A stretch of DNA of 64,000 nt, taken from NCBI GenBank assembly GCA_031423495.1, contig JANPFP010000212.1, positions 9,466 to 73,465 of the forward strand, in the 5' to 3' direction. This document shows positions 1-10,900 of the stretch, piece after piece. The translations under genes were made by a program, and so were the position numbers. Positions within the stretch are counted from its first letter, which is position 1. Each line of letters opens with the position of its first letter. The notes under the pieces were generated by a model. That model was not told where the DNA came from. It did not search any database and was given only the letters and a program-made list of their open reading frames with translations. This DNA comes from Acidobacteriota bacterium (GTDB taxonomy: Bacteria; Acidobacteriota; Blastocatellia; RBC074).

Positions 1-1
1 C

Positions 2-106
2 GAACGCCTCAAGCGCCTCAACGAAATCGCTATTCGGCAGATGAAAACGCCCGCTGCGCATACCAGCGTGTTGCAACTTGGCGCAGCGAAGACAACAGAG
101 CCGTGA
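2..106 (+). CDS. 3' end of an upstream gene (partial, product unknown)
   Basis: Open frame from window edge to TGA at 104-106 (…ERLKRLNEIAIRQMKTPAAHTSVLQLGAAKTTEP*); no homology recognised. Confidence 0.2.
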   Translation, partial: ERLKRLNEIAIRQMKTPAAHTSVLQLGAAKTTEP

Positions 107-197
107 CAACGTGCGCAAGCAATCGTTCAGCAATGCTTACTAGAAAATGTAGAAAGCTGAACCACGGAAAACACGCTCACACGCTGTAGGAGTAATT

Positions 198-833
198 ATG
201 GGACTTTACGCGAAATACATCTTTCCGCACTTGTTGGACTGGACGCTGGGTACGCCGGAGTTCGGCAAATATCGGCGCGCAGCGTTGGCGGCGGCGCGAG
301 GCGAGACGCTCGAAATCGGTTTTGGTACCGGTTTGAACTTGCCGCATTATCCGACGACGGTTACGCGATTGGTGGCGCTGGATTCCGAAAACATGCTGCG
401 CCGCAAGGTCGCCGCGCGCATCGCTGCGTGCAAGTTGCCGGTTGAATTGCGGCAACTCGACGCGCAAGGGCGATTGCCCTTCGCCGATCATTCTTTCGAT
501 ACGGTGGTGACTACGCTAACGCTGTGTTCGATTGAGGACGTGATGGCGGCGCTGGCTCAGATGCGCCGCGTGTTGAAACCCGGCGGGCAGCTTCTTTTCT
601 TTGAACACGGACGCAGCGACGATTTCGACATAGCCGCGCGGCAGGATCGTTTCAATCCATTGCAACGCATCATCGGCGCGGGCTGCAACATGAATCGCCC
701 GATGGATGTGCTGATTCAACAAGCAGGTTTTGAGATCGGCGTAATCGAACGCTTCGTGATGCCCAAAGCCCCGCGCGTGCTGGCTGAGATGTCTCGCGGC
801 ATCGCGCGTCCACGCAGCGTGTCCGTAGCCTGA
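198..833 (+). CDS. class I SAM-dependent methyltransferase
   Basis: ORF track; motifs LEIGFGTGLN (SAM-binding motif I) and VLKPGGQLLFFEH (Methyltransf_11-like); GGAG RBS 8 nt upstream of ATG. Confidence 0.8.
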   Translation: MGLYAKYIFPHLLDWTLGTPEFGKYRRAALAAARGETLEIGFGTGLNLPHYPTTVTRLVALDSENMLRRKVAARIAACKLPVELRQLDAQGRLPFADHSFDTVVTTLTLCSIEDVMAALAQMRRVLKPGGQLLFFEHGRSDDFDIAARQDRFNPLQRIIGAGCNMNRPMDVLIQQAGFEIGVIERFVMPKAPRVLAEMSRGIARPRSVSVA

Positions 834-927
834 CCGTAAGAGAGGGCTACCACAAGGATGCGCCCTTCGGTTCAACGGTGCGCAACGTCAAGGTAGCCCT
901 CTCTTACGGTCAGGCTACGGACACGCT
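815..927. repeat. ~113-bp hairpin repeat element, copy A (36-bp perfect stem 815-851/892-927, 40-nt loop); contains the stop codon of the methyltransferase
   Basis: Left arm cagcgtgtccgtagcctgaccgtaagagagggctacc is the exact reverse complement of the right arm; a second copy is at 52443-52550. Confidence 0.75.
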
Positions 928-1018
928 GCGCGTTGCTTAATTCATCATCACGCCTCGCGCTTGCCGACACTGTCTATGCTGGAGGAGTTATGAACGCGCT
1001 TGGCGAAACGGACTGTAT

Positions 1019-1098
1019 CGCAACCTGTCAGGTTGCGGTGTCTCGTGCTTGCGTACAACAGTTCGCCACATCAAAGCCTCGCAACCTGACAGGTTGCG
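1019..1098. repeat. pair of 19-bp palindromes CGCAACCTG(T/A)CAGGTTGCG (1019-1037 and 1080-1098) in the cupin gene 5' region
   Basis: Perfect dyad symmetry read directly; the same core GCAACCTGWCAGGTTGC recurs as a pair at 51164-51257. Confidence 0.7.
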
Positions 1099-1124
1099 AT
1101 ACAGTTTTATCAGGAGTTTTAACG

Positions 1125-1451
1125 ATGGAACACCAAGACGTTTTTGCGCAGGTGCGCTTCGCGGCAGAGAAGATGCGGAAGGTCAATCTGTTCGAGACGC
1201 GCAATTTTTTCTGCGACGTGTATGGCCTCGAACCGGGGCAAGAACAAAAAGCCCACGCGCACGCGACCGAAGACAAAATCTATTATGTCTTGTCAGGGCG
1301 TGGCACGTTTCAGGTTGATGAAGAGTTCGTCGAGCTGGGCGAACAGCAAATCGTATTCGCTCCGGCGGGTTCAGTGCATGGCGTCAAGAACACGAGCGAA
1401 GCGCGGCTGACGCTGTTGGTGTTTATGACGCCGAACCCAAACTTTAAGTGA
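1125..1451 (+). CDS. cupin domain protein (start moved to internal ATG 1125 with GGAG RBS; the longer 933 ORF would run through the palindromes)
   Basis: Cupin_2 motifs GSVHGVKNTSEARLTLLVF; caggag at 1111-1116 precedes ATG 1125 in the same frame. Confidence 0.7.
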   Translation: MEHQDVFAQVRFAAEKMRKVNLFETRNFFCDVYGLEPGQEQKAHAHATEDKIYYVLSGRGTFQVDEEFVELGEQQIVFAPAGSVHGVKNTSEARLTLLVFMTPNPNFK

Positions 1452-2235
1452 GTAATGCCGCTGACTCAGCGTCGAGATAGAGCCAAGCATCGGGATGCGT
1501 ACGCAAAATCGAAGCCGGACACGCCGTCGTCACAGGGCCATTCAACGCACGTTCGACCGCCGCCTGCTTGCGCGCGCCGGGTACGCTCAAGACCAGTTTT
1601 GCGCAACGCATCATTGTGGGTACGGTCACTGACAGCGCGCGGCGCGGCACATCATTCAACGTAGCGAAACATCCATCATTCACTTGTTGCTGACGACAGG
1701 CTTCGTCGAGGTCTACGACTTTCAAAACTTGCGGGTCGTTGAAATCACACACAGGCGGATCCATAAACGCTAGGTGTCCGTTCTCGCCAATGCCGAGCGC
1801 AGCAAAATCAGGCGGCTTGAATTCCAGCTTGAATTCCATCAGGCGCGCGTAGTTCTGACAGACCGCCGCAGGGTTCGCCGCTTCACCGCGCAAGCCGTGA
1901 AATTCAGCCAACGGTACGCGCATCACCAGACGATCAATCAAATAACGACGAAACGATTGCGGCGCGTCTTCGTTGAGTCCGAGGTATTCATCCAGATGAA
2001 ACGCGATGACGCTCGTCCATTCGAGATCAGGTGCGGCGACTAACGCCGCGAGCGTTTCATCCTGAGAAGGCGCAGCGGCGAATAAGCCAATCGCGCGGCC
2101 TTTTTCAGTAATCAAGCCGCGCATCGTTTCAGCCAACGCCTCGCCCGCCGCCGCGCCCATCTGCGCGCGCGTGGCATAAACGGCTACGTTCAATTGCCCG
2201 GCCTTGAAAGTCTTGATGAGTCCAGGTTGTTTCAT
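1444..2235 (-). CDS. glucosamine-6-phosphate deaminase / 6-phosphogluconolactonase family (NagB-like)
   Basis: HLDEY and GIGENGHLAF motifs characteristic of the NagB/Pgl fold; 263 aa. Confidence 0.8.
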   Translation of the reverse strand: MKQPGLIKTFKAGQLNVAVYATRAQMGAAAGEALAETMRGLITEKGRAIGLFAAAPSQDETLAALVAAPDLEWTSVIAFHLDEYLGLNEDAPQSFRRYLIDRLVMRVPLAEFHGLRGEAANPAAVCQNYARLMEFKLEFKPPDFAALGIGENGHLAFMDPPVCDFNDPQVLKVVDLDEACRQQQVNDGCFATLNDVPRRALSVTVPTMMRCAKLVLSVPGARKQAAVERALNGPVTTACPASILRTHPDAWLYLDAESAALLT

Positions 2236-2313
2236 GTGGTTTGCTATTGTGGGGTTGGGTTATGAAAAATGCGGGTGAACTGAATTGTCTATTCATATCA
2301 GAGGTCTCGCAAG

Positions 2314-2811
2314 ATGGCAGCAGATTTTGTTTTTGAAGAATTGCACGACGAAGCCTTGCGCTGGTGGCGGCGCGGCTATGAAGCCCAAGCACAGGGCCGC
2401 GTGGCTGAAGCCGTCGAACTTTATACGCGCTCGCTCGAAATTCATCCGACGGCAGAGGCTTATACGTTTCGCGGTTGGGCTTACAGCTTTCAGGGCGATC
2501 TCGAAAACGCCATTGCCGAATGCCATCGCGCGATTGCGACTGACCCGGCTTACGGCAATCCTTACAACGACATCGGCGCTTATTTGATTCAGCAAGCGAA
2601 CTATTACGACGCGATTCCGTGGCTGCGCAAAGCCTTCGTTGCGACGCGCTATGAAGCGCCGTTTTATCCGCGCTTCAATCTGGCGCGCGTTTACGAACAC
2701 CTCGGCAATCTGACGCAGGCGATGCGGCTTTACAAAGAAGCCTACGATTTGAACAACGACTATAAACAAGCGCTGCAAGCCTTTCGCCGACTGCAACAAA
2801 AGCTCAACTGA
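2314..2811 (+). CDS. tetratricopeptide-repeat protein
   Basis: Repeated TPR-like helices (AYTFRGWAYSFQGDLENAIAECHRAIATDP, YYDAIPWLRKAF). Confidence 0.65.
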   Translation: MAADFVFEELHDEALRWWRRGYEAQAQGRVAEAVELYTRSLEIHPTAEAYTFRGWAYSFQGDLENAIAECHRAIATDPAYGNPYNDIGAYLIQQANYYDAIPWLRKAFVATRYEAPFYPRFNLARVYEHLGNLTQAMRLYKEAYDLNNDYKQALQAFRRLQQKLN

Positions 2812-3653
2812 TGAACGCAATCGAAGCCCGCGCCCAATTCAACGCCGAACTGCAACGTGACGAAGCGTCACTTGAACTCGACCGCGCGGCGTTGCTCATC
2901 GCGGCAGAAAGCTATCCGTCACTCGACGTTGAACACTATTTGCGACAACTCGACGAACTCGCCGCGCAAGCTCGCGCGAACGACACGCCGCACGCTTCGC
3001 CGGTCACGCGCCTCCTGCGGCTGAACGATTTGATGTATGGCGAATGGGGCTTTCACGGCAATACCGAAGATTATTACGACGCGCGCAACAGCTTCTTTAA
3101 CGAAGTGCTTGACCGCCTCACCGGCATACCGATTACGTTGTCAGTGGTTTATATGGAAGTCGCGCGCCGCCTCGGCCTTCCCCTCGTCGGCGTAGGCATG
3201 CCCGGTCATTTCATCGTCAAGTATCAACCCAAAGACGCTGAAGATGACGAGCTTTTTATTGATCCGTTTAACGAAGGCCGCTTGTTGTCAGAGGAAGATT
3301 GCTTTCGGATGGTGCTGCAAATGTATCAAGGCCGCGTCGTTTTTGAGCGGCGCTTGCTCGACGCTGTGACAAAGCGGCAAATTCTGGCGCGGATGCTGCA
3401 AAACCTGAAAGGCATTTACGCCCGCGCCCACGACCACGCCAAAACCCTGAGCGCCATCGAACGCGTGATGCTGATTCATCCCGCCGCTGAAGAGTTACGC
3501 GACCGTGGCTTGGTGCTGGCGGCGCTGCATCGCTATCCGCAAGCCATCGCCGACCTTGAAAGTTACCTGCGCACCAAACCTGAACCCGACGAAGCTCAAG
3601 CCATTCAAGCCAAACTGAAAGAACTCAAACAACGACAGGCGCAGTGGAATTAA
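2811..3653 (+). CDS. transglutaminase-like/TPR protein (YchA/SirB1-like family)
   Basis: N-terminal transglutaminase-like core followed by TPR-like C-terminus; start overlaps the previous stop (ATGA). Confidence 0.55.
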   Translation: MNAIEARAQFNAELQRDEASLELDRAALLIAAESYPSLDVEHYLRQLDELAAQARANDTPHASPVTRLLRLNDLMYGEWGFHGNTEDYYDARNSFFNEVLDRLTGIPITLSVVYMEVARRLGLPLVGVGMPGHFIVKYQPKDAEDDELFIDPFNEGRLLSEEDCFRMVLQMYQGRVVFERRLLDAVTKRQILARMLQNLKGIYARAHDHAKTLSAIERVMLIHPAAEELRDRGLVLAALHRYPQAIADLESYLRTKPEPDEAQAIQAKLKELKQRQAQWN

Positions 3654-3655
3654 GT

Positions 3656-4801
3656 CTAATCAAGCGCCTGCAACAAATCGGCCAGCAAGTCATCAGCGTG
3701 TTCCAACCCAACTGAAACCCGCAACAAACTCGGTGGCGCGGTGGATTGCGGCCCTTCGACCGAAGCGCGATGTTCGATCAAACTCTCAACACCGCCCAAA
3801 CTCGTAGCGCGTTTGAACAACTGAACTTTGCTCACCATTCGCAAGGCTTCTTCCGCGCCGCCTTTGACCTCTAGCGAAAGCATGCCGCCGAAAGGTTTCA
3901 TCTGACGCGCAGCAATCGCGTGGCCTTCGTGCGCGGGCAGCCCCGGGTAATTCACTTGGGCGATGCGCGCGTGGCGGCTTAATTCTTCGGCGAGCCGCGC
4001 GGCGCTTTGGCATTGGCGCTCGACACGCACGGCCATCGTCGCGGCGCTGCGTTGCAGCAACCAGCAATCGAAAGGCGCTGCGCCCGTACCGCCGATGGTT
4101 TGCATGGTGCGGATGCGTTCAAAGAATTCGTTGGCTTCTTTGTCTTCTTTATCTTTATCTTTATCTGGGGGGCGCATCACGATCACGCCGCTCAACGCAT
4201 CGCTGTGGCCGCCGAAATACTTGGTGGTCGAGTGCATCACGATGTCTGCGCCGTGTTCAAACGGTCGCGTACACATCGGCGTCGCCCAAGTGTTGTCACA
4301 CGCGAGCAAGGCGCTGTGCGCGTGTGCGAGTTCGGCGGTCGCGGCAATATCGGTGATGCGCAAGCGCGGATTGGAAGGCGTTTCGATCCAGACGAGTTTG
4401 GTGTTGGGTTGCCACGCGGCTTCGATCTCGGCGCGGTCGGTCGTGTTGACGAATGAGACTTGCAGTCCCCAGCGCGCGTAAAGCGATTCGATGACGGCGC
4501 GCGTACCAAAATAAATATCGAGCGGCGCGATGACGTGATCGCCCGGCGCAAGCGCGTGCATCACGGCTTGCGTCGCGGCGTTGCCCGAAGCGAACGCCGC
4601 CGCCGCCGTGCCGCCTTCGAGCGCCGTGCAAATCTGTTCAAAGGCCTGACGGTTCGGATGACCGAGGCGCGAGTAAAAATATTCGCTCACGAGTTGGTTG
4701 TCGGCGTTGCGCTCATACGTCGTCGAAAGCACGAGAGGCGGCGCGACTGAACCGTAAGCAGAAAGTTCAGCGGCATGTAAAGCAAGGGTTTCAGGTTGCA
4801 T
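3656..4801 (-). CDS. PLP-dependent trans-sulfuration enzyme (cystathionine gamma-synthase/beta-lyase/Met gamma-lyase family)
   Basis: Cys/Met-metabolism PLP family signatures (…STTKYFGGHSDALSGVIV…, LSLEVKGG); contains an unusual KDKDKDKEDKE insertion. Confidence 0.8.
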   Translation of the reverse strand: MQPETLALHAAELSAYGSVAPPLVLSTTYERNADNQLVSEYFYSRLGHPNRQAFEQICTALEGGTAAAAFASGNAATQAVMHALAPGDHVIAPLDIYFGTRAVIESLYARWGLQVSFVNTTDRAEIEAAWQPNTKLVWIETPSNPRLRITDIAATAELAHAHSALLACDNTWATPMCTRPFEHGADIVMHSTTKYFGGHSDALSGVIVMRPPDKDKDKEDKEANEFFERIRTMQTIGGTGAAPFDCWLLQRSAATMAVRVERQCQSAARLAEELSRHARIAQVNYPGLPAHEGHAIAARQMKPFGGMLSLEVKGGAEEALRMVSKVQLFKRATSLGGVESLIEHRASVEGPQSTAPPSLLRVSVGLEHADDLLADLLQALD

Positions 4802-4870
4802 AGGGCTGAATCATAGCTGAAAAGCCAAAGGCAAAGGAATCACGGCAGAGGAATAATCTTGCGGTTCAAC

Positions 4871-4913
4871 CAGAAAGCGCAAAAGCCACAAAAGCTAATT
4901 TTGCTTTTGTGGC
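4871..4913 (-). terminator. rho-independent terminator of the giant protease gene (bidirectional-looking)
   Basis: 11-bp stem gccacaaaagc/gcttttgtggc with 7-nt loop, T-runs on both sides. Confidence 0.6.
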
Positions 4914-4979
4914 TTCTGTGCTTTTTGGTGGCGAATACCCAATCAAGTCAACGCGAGTGTTCGATTTCTCAACCAGCGC

Positions 4980-7900
4980 TTACTTGATATTCACTTCGAC
5001 GGGATTCGCCCACTTGCCGTCAACTTTAAGCCAGAGCTTGACGAGACCGCTGCCCGCCAACGTACGCGGCAAGAGCAGGTTGGTTTGATCGAGTCCGGCG
5101 AGGCTGCCTTGCTTGTCGAGATACAACACGCTGACTTCAGTACCCACACCAGCGGTGGTTCCGCCGATGAAACATTGCACGTTGCGCAAGTCGCTGCGAT
5201 GGCGAAAGCCCGTGCCATAAAGCACTAAGTAAACCTGATCGGTCGTCGGCCCCAGATCAATCGGCGTCGCAACCATCTTGCTCGTCGTGCTGTCAAAACG
5301 GGCGATGTTCTCATACGTATTAACCCCGTTGCGCACGCGCAGCGCCGATCCGGCGACGACGCCTTGCCCTGAAGCGTTGGACGTGAACAACCCCGGATTG
5401 ACGCCGCTGATCATCAACGCACCGCTTTCCCAGCGTCCGGCGTTGTCGCTGATGATGACTTCGGCAAGGCCGGGCGCGAGTTCAGTTGGCAGCAAATAAT
5501 TCACCTGCGTTTTAGCCACGAAAAATAGCGGCGCGAGGAAGCTGGCTCCGGCGCTGTCATAAATCGTAACCGTCGTACCGCCCAGCGTGGTCGGCAACGG
5601 CAAGCTATTCGCCACCAAAGTGCCGGACGCGAGGTCAGAGCCAAACGCCGCCACAATGCCATCGCGCGTCGCTGACTGATCGCCGTTGTTGCCGTAATGC
5701 GCCGCCGAAACACTGACCGTCACGCGCACTACGCGGCAATCAAGCGCATTCGACGATCCGCCGCCGAGATTCGCCGTCGAAGCCGGATTGAACACAGTCA
5801 CTTTTGCCGTACCCAAATTGGCTACGACTAAATCAGTTGCCGGAATCGTCACGCGCAATTCCATGTCGCTGACAAAAGTCGTCGCACGCTCTGCGCCGTT
5901 CCAACGCACCACGGAATTCGAAAGGAAGTTGCGTCCGTAAACCGTCAGAGTGCGCGCCGCGCCCAGCGCCAGTGCGTCAGGATAAGTCCGCACCGCAGTC
6001 GGCAACGGATTAGCGGTTGCGCTGCCCGCTTGCGTCACGTTCACGGTTTGCCCGGCAATCACCACTTTGAAATTACGTGCGGCTGATGCGGCGTTGGGCT
6101 GCGTCATCAGGGCTACGGTTCCGTTGCCGGTGCCATAAATGCCCGCCGTAATTTGTGCCGCTACGTCGCTGGCCGCCGAAGACCATGAACAACTGTTGGT
6201 CGCCATCACTGAAACATTCGTGCTGCCGCCACCCGCAGGCACGGTCAACGTCCCCGGACTTACGCTGAAGCTGCACGTCGGCGCAGCCGCTTGCGTGATC
6301 GAAAAGGCTTGCCCCAACACCTGAATCGTACCCGTGCGCGCTTGCGTCGTGGTGTTCGTCGCCAGCGAATAACTCACTGCGCCGCGCCTGACGCCGCTCG
6401 CCGTTGCCGCATCGAGCATGATCCACGTCGCGCTGGTGGTCGCAGCCCAACGGCAATCGTGGCCCGTACTCACCGTCACGTTATAAACGCCGCCCGCGTA
6501 ACTGGCGCTATGCGCGACAGGCGTGAAATAGGCCGTGCAACTCACGGGTGCAGCCGCTTGATTCACCGTATAAAGTTTGTCACCGATCATGATCGAACCG
6601 GTGCGCGCGCCGCCGCTGTTCGCCGCGATATTAAAGTTGACTGCGCTGCTCGTCTTGCCGGTAATCACCAGCCAGTCGACGTTGCTGGTCGCGTTGAATA
6701 CGCAACCCAACGGATTGGTCGTCGCGCTCGCCGAGCCTGAGCCTGCCACGGCAGCAACACTGACGACACTCGTCGGCAAGGTCACGCCGCAATTCGCATC
6801 TTGCGACACGATGAAAGTGCGCCCCGCTACGGTCAGCGTCGCTTGCCGCTGATTCCCTGTCGTATTCGGACTCAACGCAAAGCCGACCGTACCGTTGCCG
6901 ACGCCGCTCGCCGCCGTAGTAATCGCCAACCAGCTTTGCCCTGCGGCTTGATTGACCGAAGCTGTCCAGCCACAACCGGCAGTCGTCGTCACCGCCACCG
7001 TACCCAACGAAGCCTGTGAACTGAAGGTCTGCCCGCTGATCGTCGCGTTGTAAGCACAACCACTCGCCTGGGTCAGTGTGAACGTCAATCCGTTGACGGT
7101 AATCGTCGCACTGCGCGCGACGCCCGCGTTGGCCGCGACCGCAAAAACCATTGTGCCGCTGCCGCTGCCCGATGCGCCGCTCGTGATTGTCAACCATGCC
7201 GCGTTGCTCACGGCTGTCCATGTGCAACCCGTACCCGCCGTCACACTGATGCTGCCGGTGCCACTGGTCGCCACCGTTGAAGCACTGGTAACGTTGATCG
7301 TTACCGAACAGTCTCCGGCTTGCGAGACCGTGAAAGACTTGCCGCCGACCGAAATTGCGGCACTGCGCGCTACGCCTGTATTCGCCGCGACGGAATAATT
7401 CACCGTGCCGTTGCCTGTGCCTGTGGCATTCGTGAACGTCAACCAACTCGCATTGCTCACCGCCGTCCAGCCACAACCATTGCCTGCCGTCACGGCAAAG
7501 CTACCCGTACTCGCCGCCGCCGCAACACTCGCGCTGGTCACGCCCAACGTGACGTTACAGCCACCTGCCTGAATCACCGTGAAGGACTGACCGCTTACCG
7601 TAATCGTCGCGGTACGCGCCGCGCCCGTATTCGCCGCGACAGAAAAATTCACCGCGCCATTGCCACTGCCCGACGCACCGCTCGTAATCGTCAACCACGT
7701 TTGATTGCTCACCGCCGACCACGTACAACCAGTTCCTGCCGTCACATTGAAGCTGCCCGTATTGGCAGCCGCCGCGAAGCTTACGCTGCTCGTGTTCAAC
7801 GTGATCGCACAGCCCGCCGCTTGCGTTACTGTGAACGTCTGCCCACCTACGCTAATCACTGCACTGCGGCTCACGCCGGTGTTCGACGTTGCAGAATAAT

Positions 7901-10900
7901 TCACTGCGCCGTTGCCGCTGCCCGACGCACCATTCGTGATCGTCAACCACGACTGATTGCTCGTCGCCGTCCACGTGCAACCGCTTCCCGCTGTTACGTT
8001 GAAGCTGCCCGTACTGCTCGTTGCCGCTACGTTCGCACTGTTCGCGCTCAACGTGATCGTGCAACCACCCACTTGCGTCACCGTGTAAGACTGACCGCCC
8101 ACGCTAATCACTGCGCTGCGGCTCGCGCCCGTGTTCGCCGCGAATGAATAACTCACCGTAGCGTTGCCGCTGCCCGACGCACCATTCGTAACCGTCAGCC
8201 ACGTTTGATTGCTCGTCGCCGTCCACGTGCAACCGCTTCCCGCTGTTACGTTAAAGCTGCCTGTGCCGTTGGTCGCGGCGACGTTCGCGCTCGACGCATT
8301 CAACGTGATGGTGCAACCACCTGCTTGCGTCAACGTGAACGATTGCCCGCCCACGCTAATCACCGCGCTGCGGCTCGCTCCCGTGTTCGCCGCGAATGAA
8401 TAACTCACCGTACCATTGCCGTTGCCCGAAGCACCGTTCGTAATCGTCAGCCAAGATTGATTGCTGGTCGCCGTCCACGTGCAACCATTGCCCGCTGTTA
8501 CATTGAAACTGCCCGTGCCACTCGTTGCGGCTACGTTGGCGTTCGTCGCGCTCAACGTGATCGTGCAGCCACCGGATTGTGTTACGGTGAAAGTTTGCCC
8601 CGCCACCGTAACCGTACTCGTACGCGCTGCGCCTGTGTTCGCAGCTACGCTCAAACTCACCGTGCCGTTGCCATTGCCCGACGCGCCGCTGCTGATCGTG
8701 ATCCAACTGGCATTGCTGGTGGCCGTCCATGCGCAACCCGGATTCGCCGTCACATTGACGCTCGCGGTTTGAATGCCTGCGCCTACGCTGGCGCTAGTGG
8801 CAGACAAACTGTAACTGCAAGCGACCGGCGTGAAGCTCGGCGTTTGCGTGTTGTTGCAACCTGATTTGATAAGCATCAGCGGCCCCGCCACGACACCCGC
8901 CGGAACCGTCACATTGATTTGCGTATCGCTCACCACCGTGAACGACGCGCTGACGTTGTTGCTAAAGAGTACGCTGTTGACGCCCGTGAAATTGCTGCCG
9001 GTGAGATTGACGGTCGCGCCTGCCACCGCGCTGGTGGGCGCGAGGTTCACGCCCGCCGGACAACTTGCCGAGCCTGATTCGAGCAAAAACGAAGCGTCGC
9101 TCATGTCGAAAAAGATATTGCCGACGGCTTCGACCTTGATGCGCGTCTCACCCGAAGAGAGTCCGGCAGGAACCGTGATCGTTTCGCTGCCGTCATTTGG
9201 CGTCGCGCCGAGAATCGTCACCGGAAAGGTTTCGCCGTTATCAATCGAGAGCGAAATTTTCACGTTCGCGCAACTGACCGGCGCGTTGTTGGTGTTGTTG
9301 ACGCTCCACGTCACGGTTTGTTGCGTACCGCCCACCCAGCGCACGCGCGTATCGGGGGCCGTTACCTGAAACGGGCCGGAAGCACCGTCCACGCTTAACA
9401 ACACGTCGTCATCGGCAACGCCGCCGCGCTGGTCGCGTACGATGACTTTGAAATTGAGATTGCGCGAAACGCGCGGCAAATGCTGCGCGACATACAAACC
9501 GTCGGCGTCCTGCAAAGGCGGTTCGTTGTTGTAATCCTGAATCAAAAACAGTTCGGGAAAGAGGTGCTGCGGGCTAAGCGTAGGCGAAAACGGTCGAAAG
9601 ATCGGGCGCGTCGTCGAAGCCGGGTCGCCCTCATCCGTGAAAGCCGGATTGCCGAAACTCGTGCCGCCCGCGTCATATTGTTCCCACGAATAAGTCAGAT
9701 TGGCGTAATCGCCGTTGTCGGAATCGTTCGCCGCTGCCGTCAAAGCGAAAGGCGTGAGTTTGGGAATGCGACGGTCTACGCCCGCATTCACCGTCGGCGG
9801 CGTATTGCCGCTGGGCGTCGCCGTCGAGCAGGTCGCTTCGTTTTGCATGAACTCAGCGATGGCATTCACCGCGCCGCTGTGAAAGTGCAACGCCCGCCCG
9901 AACGCAATGGCATTGCACGAACCGGAATAAGCCATGATCGTGAAGCCGCTGCCTGACTCATAGGCGGTGGTGGCGTTACGCTGCCCCGCGCAATTGCCCG
10001 TGTTGTCGTTGAAGGTGTGATGCGTGTTGAACTGATGGCCGAGTTCATGTGCAATGCGCCCGATATAAAACGGATGCCCTACGCCCACCGAGGTCGGAAT
10101 CAAACTGACGCCGCCACCTTTGTATTCATCTATCACGCAAGCGACGCCGATATAAGCCACGCCGCTCGCGCCCGTGCCCAACACATGGCCTACGTCATAG
10201 TTGGCCGCGCCGATGACGTTGTTAAAGTGCAAACGCGCTTCTTCCAACATCGTGCCGGCGCTGCCGTTGGTGAACGGGTCGCTCGTCGTGTCGTAAATCA
10301 ACTGATCGTTATTAGCCACGAGATTGAAATGCGCCGACAGATCGCGTTCATAAATCAGGTTGACCGCATTCAACCACGTGTTGACCGAAGCAATCGCGCC
10401 CGGCTTATTGCCGCCGCCGAACGCGAGCATATATTCATAGGTCGTCGCCAACGCCAGCCGATAGTTGCGGCGCGTCGCTCCCAAATTAATCACGCTCAAA
10501 TCGCGCGCAGCGGTGTTCTCACGCTGCGGCAAGCCCGGCACTTCTTCGGTCAGGCAATCATATTTGCCCGCCGCGACCGCGTCTTTGCTCTCATAGCTGA
10601 TGTATTGCCCATCGTTCGCTGAACCCACTGGCTCGACGCTATAGGCCGTGTCAGGCGTAGCGATCAACGCATATAACCCGCGCGGCGACCAGGTGAAACG
10701 CGCAATCAGCGCGGGATCATCCAACCCCACGGCGCGATAACTTTTGATTTCAGGAAAGCGTGCGGCTAAGGCGGCTTCCATATTCGGCGAGTCTTCGATG
10801 GCGAAACGCGCGAAGCTGCCATCGGGCAAAGGCAAGGTCACTGTCGGACGCACGCCTTTCGTGTTTTCGAGCGGAGCTTGCGCGAGTTGTCGTTGCCACG

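Noticed and set aside
933-1124. Longer 172-aa version of the cupin gene starting at 933
   Set aside because: N-terminal extension has no cupin homology, spans both palindromic repeat sites, and an in-frame ATG with GGAG RBS exists at 1125.
6631-8864. Many 60-280-aa ORFs on both strands inside the giant protease gene (e.g. 6631-7476 -, 7320-8147 +, 8461-8772 +)
   Set aside because: Arise from high GC and the tandem BACON repeats (repeated antisense peptides such as [19 protein letters not shown]); nested within a far more convincing 6-kb CDS.
5975-8885. Possible CRISPR array suggested by regular ~260-bp periodicity
   Set aside because: Repeats are long, coding (BACON-like protein modules), and contiguous without unique short spacers; no cas genes.
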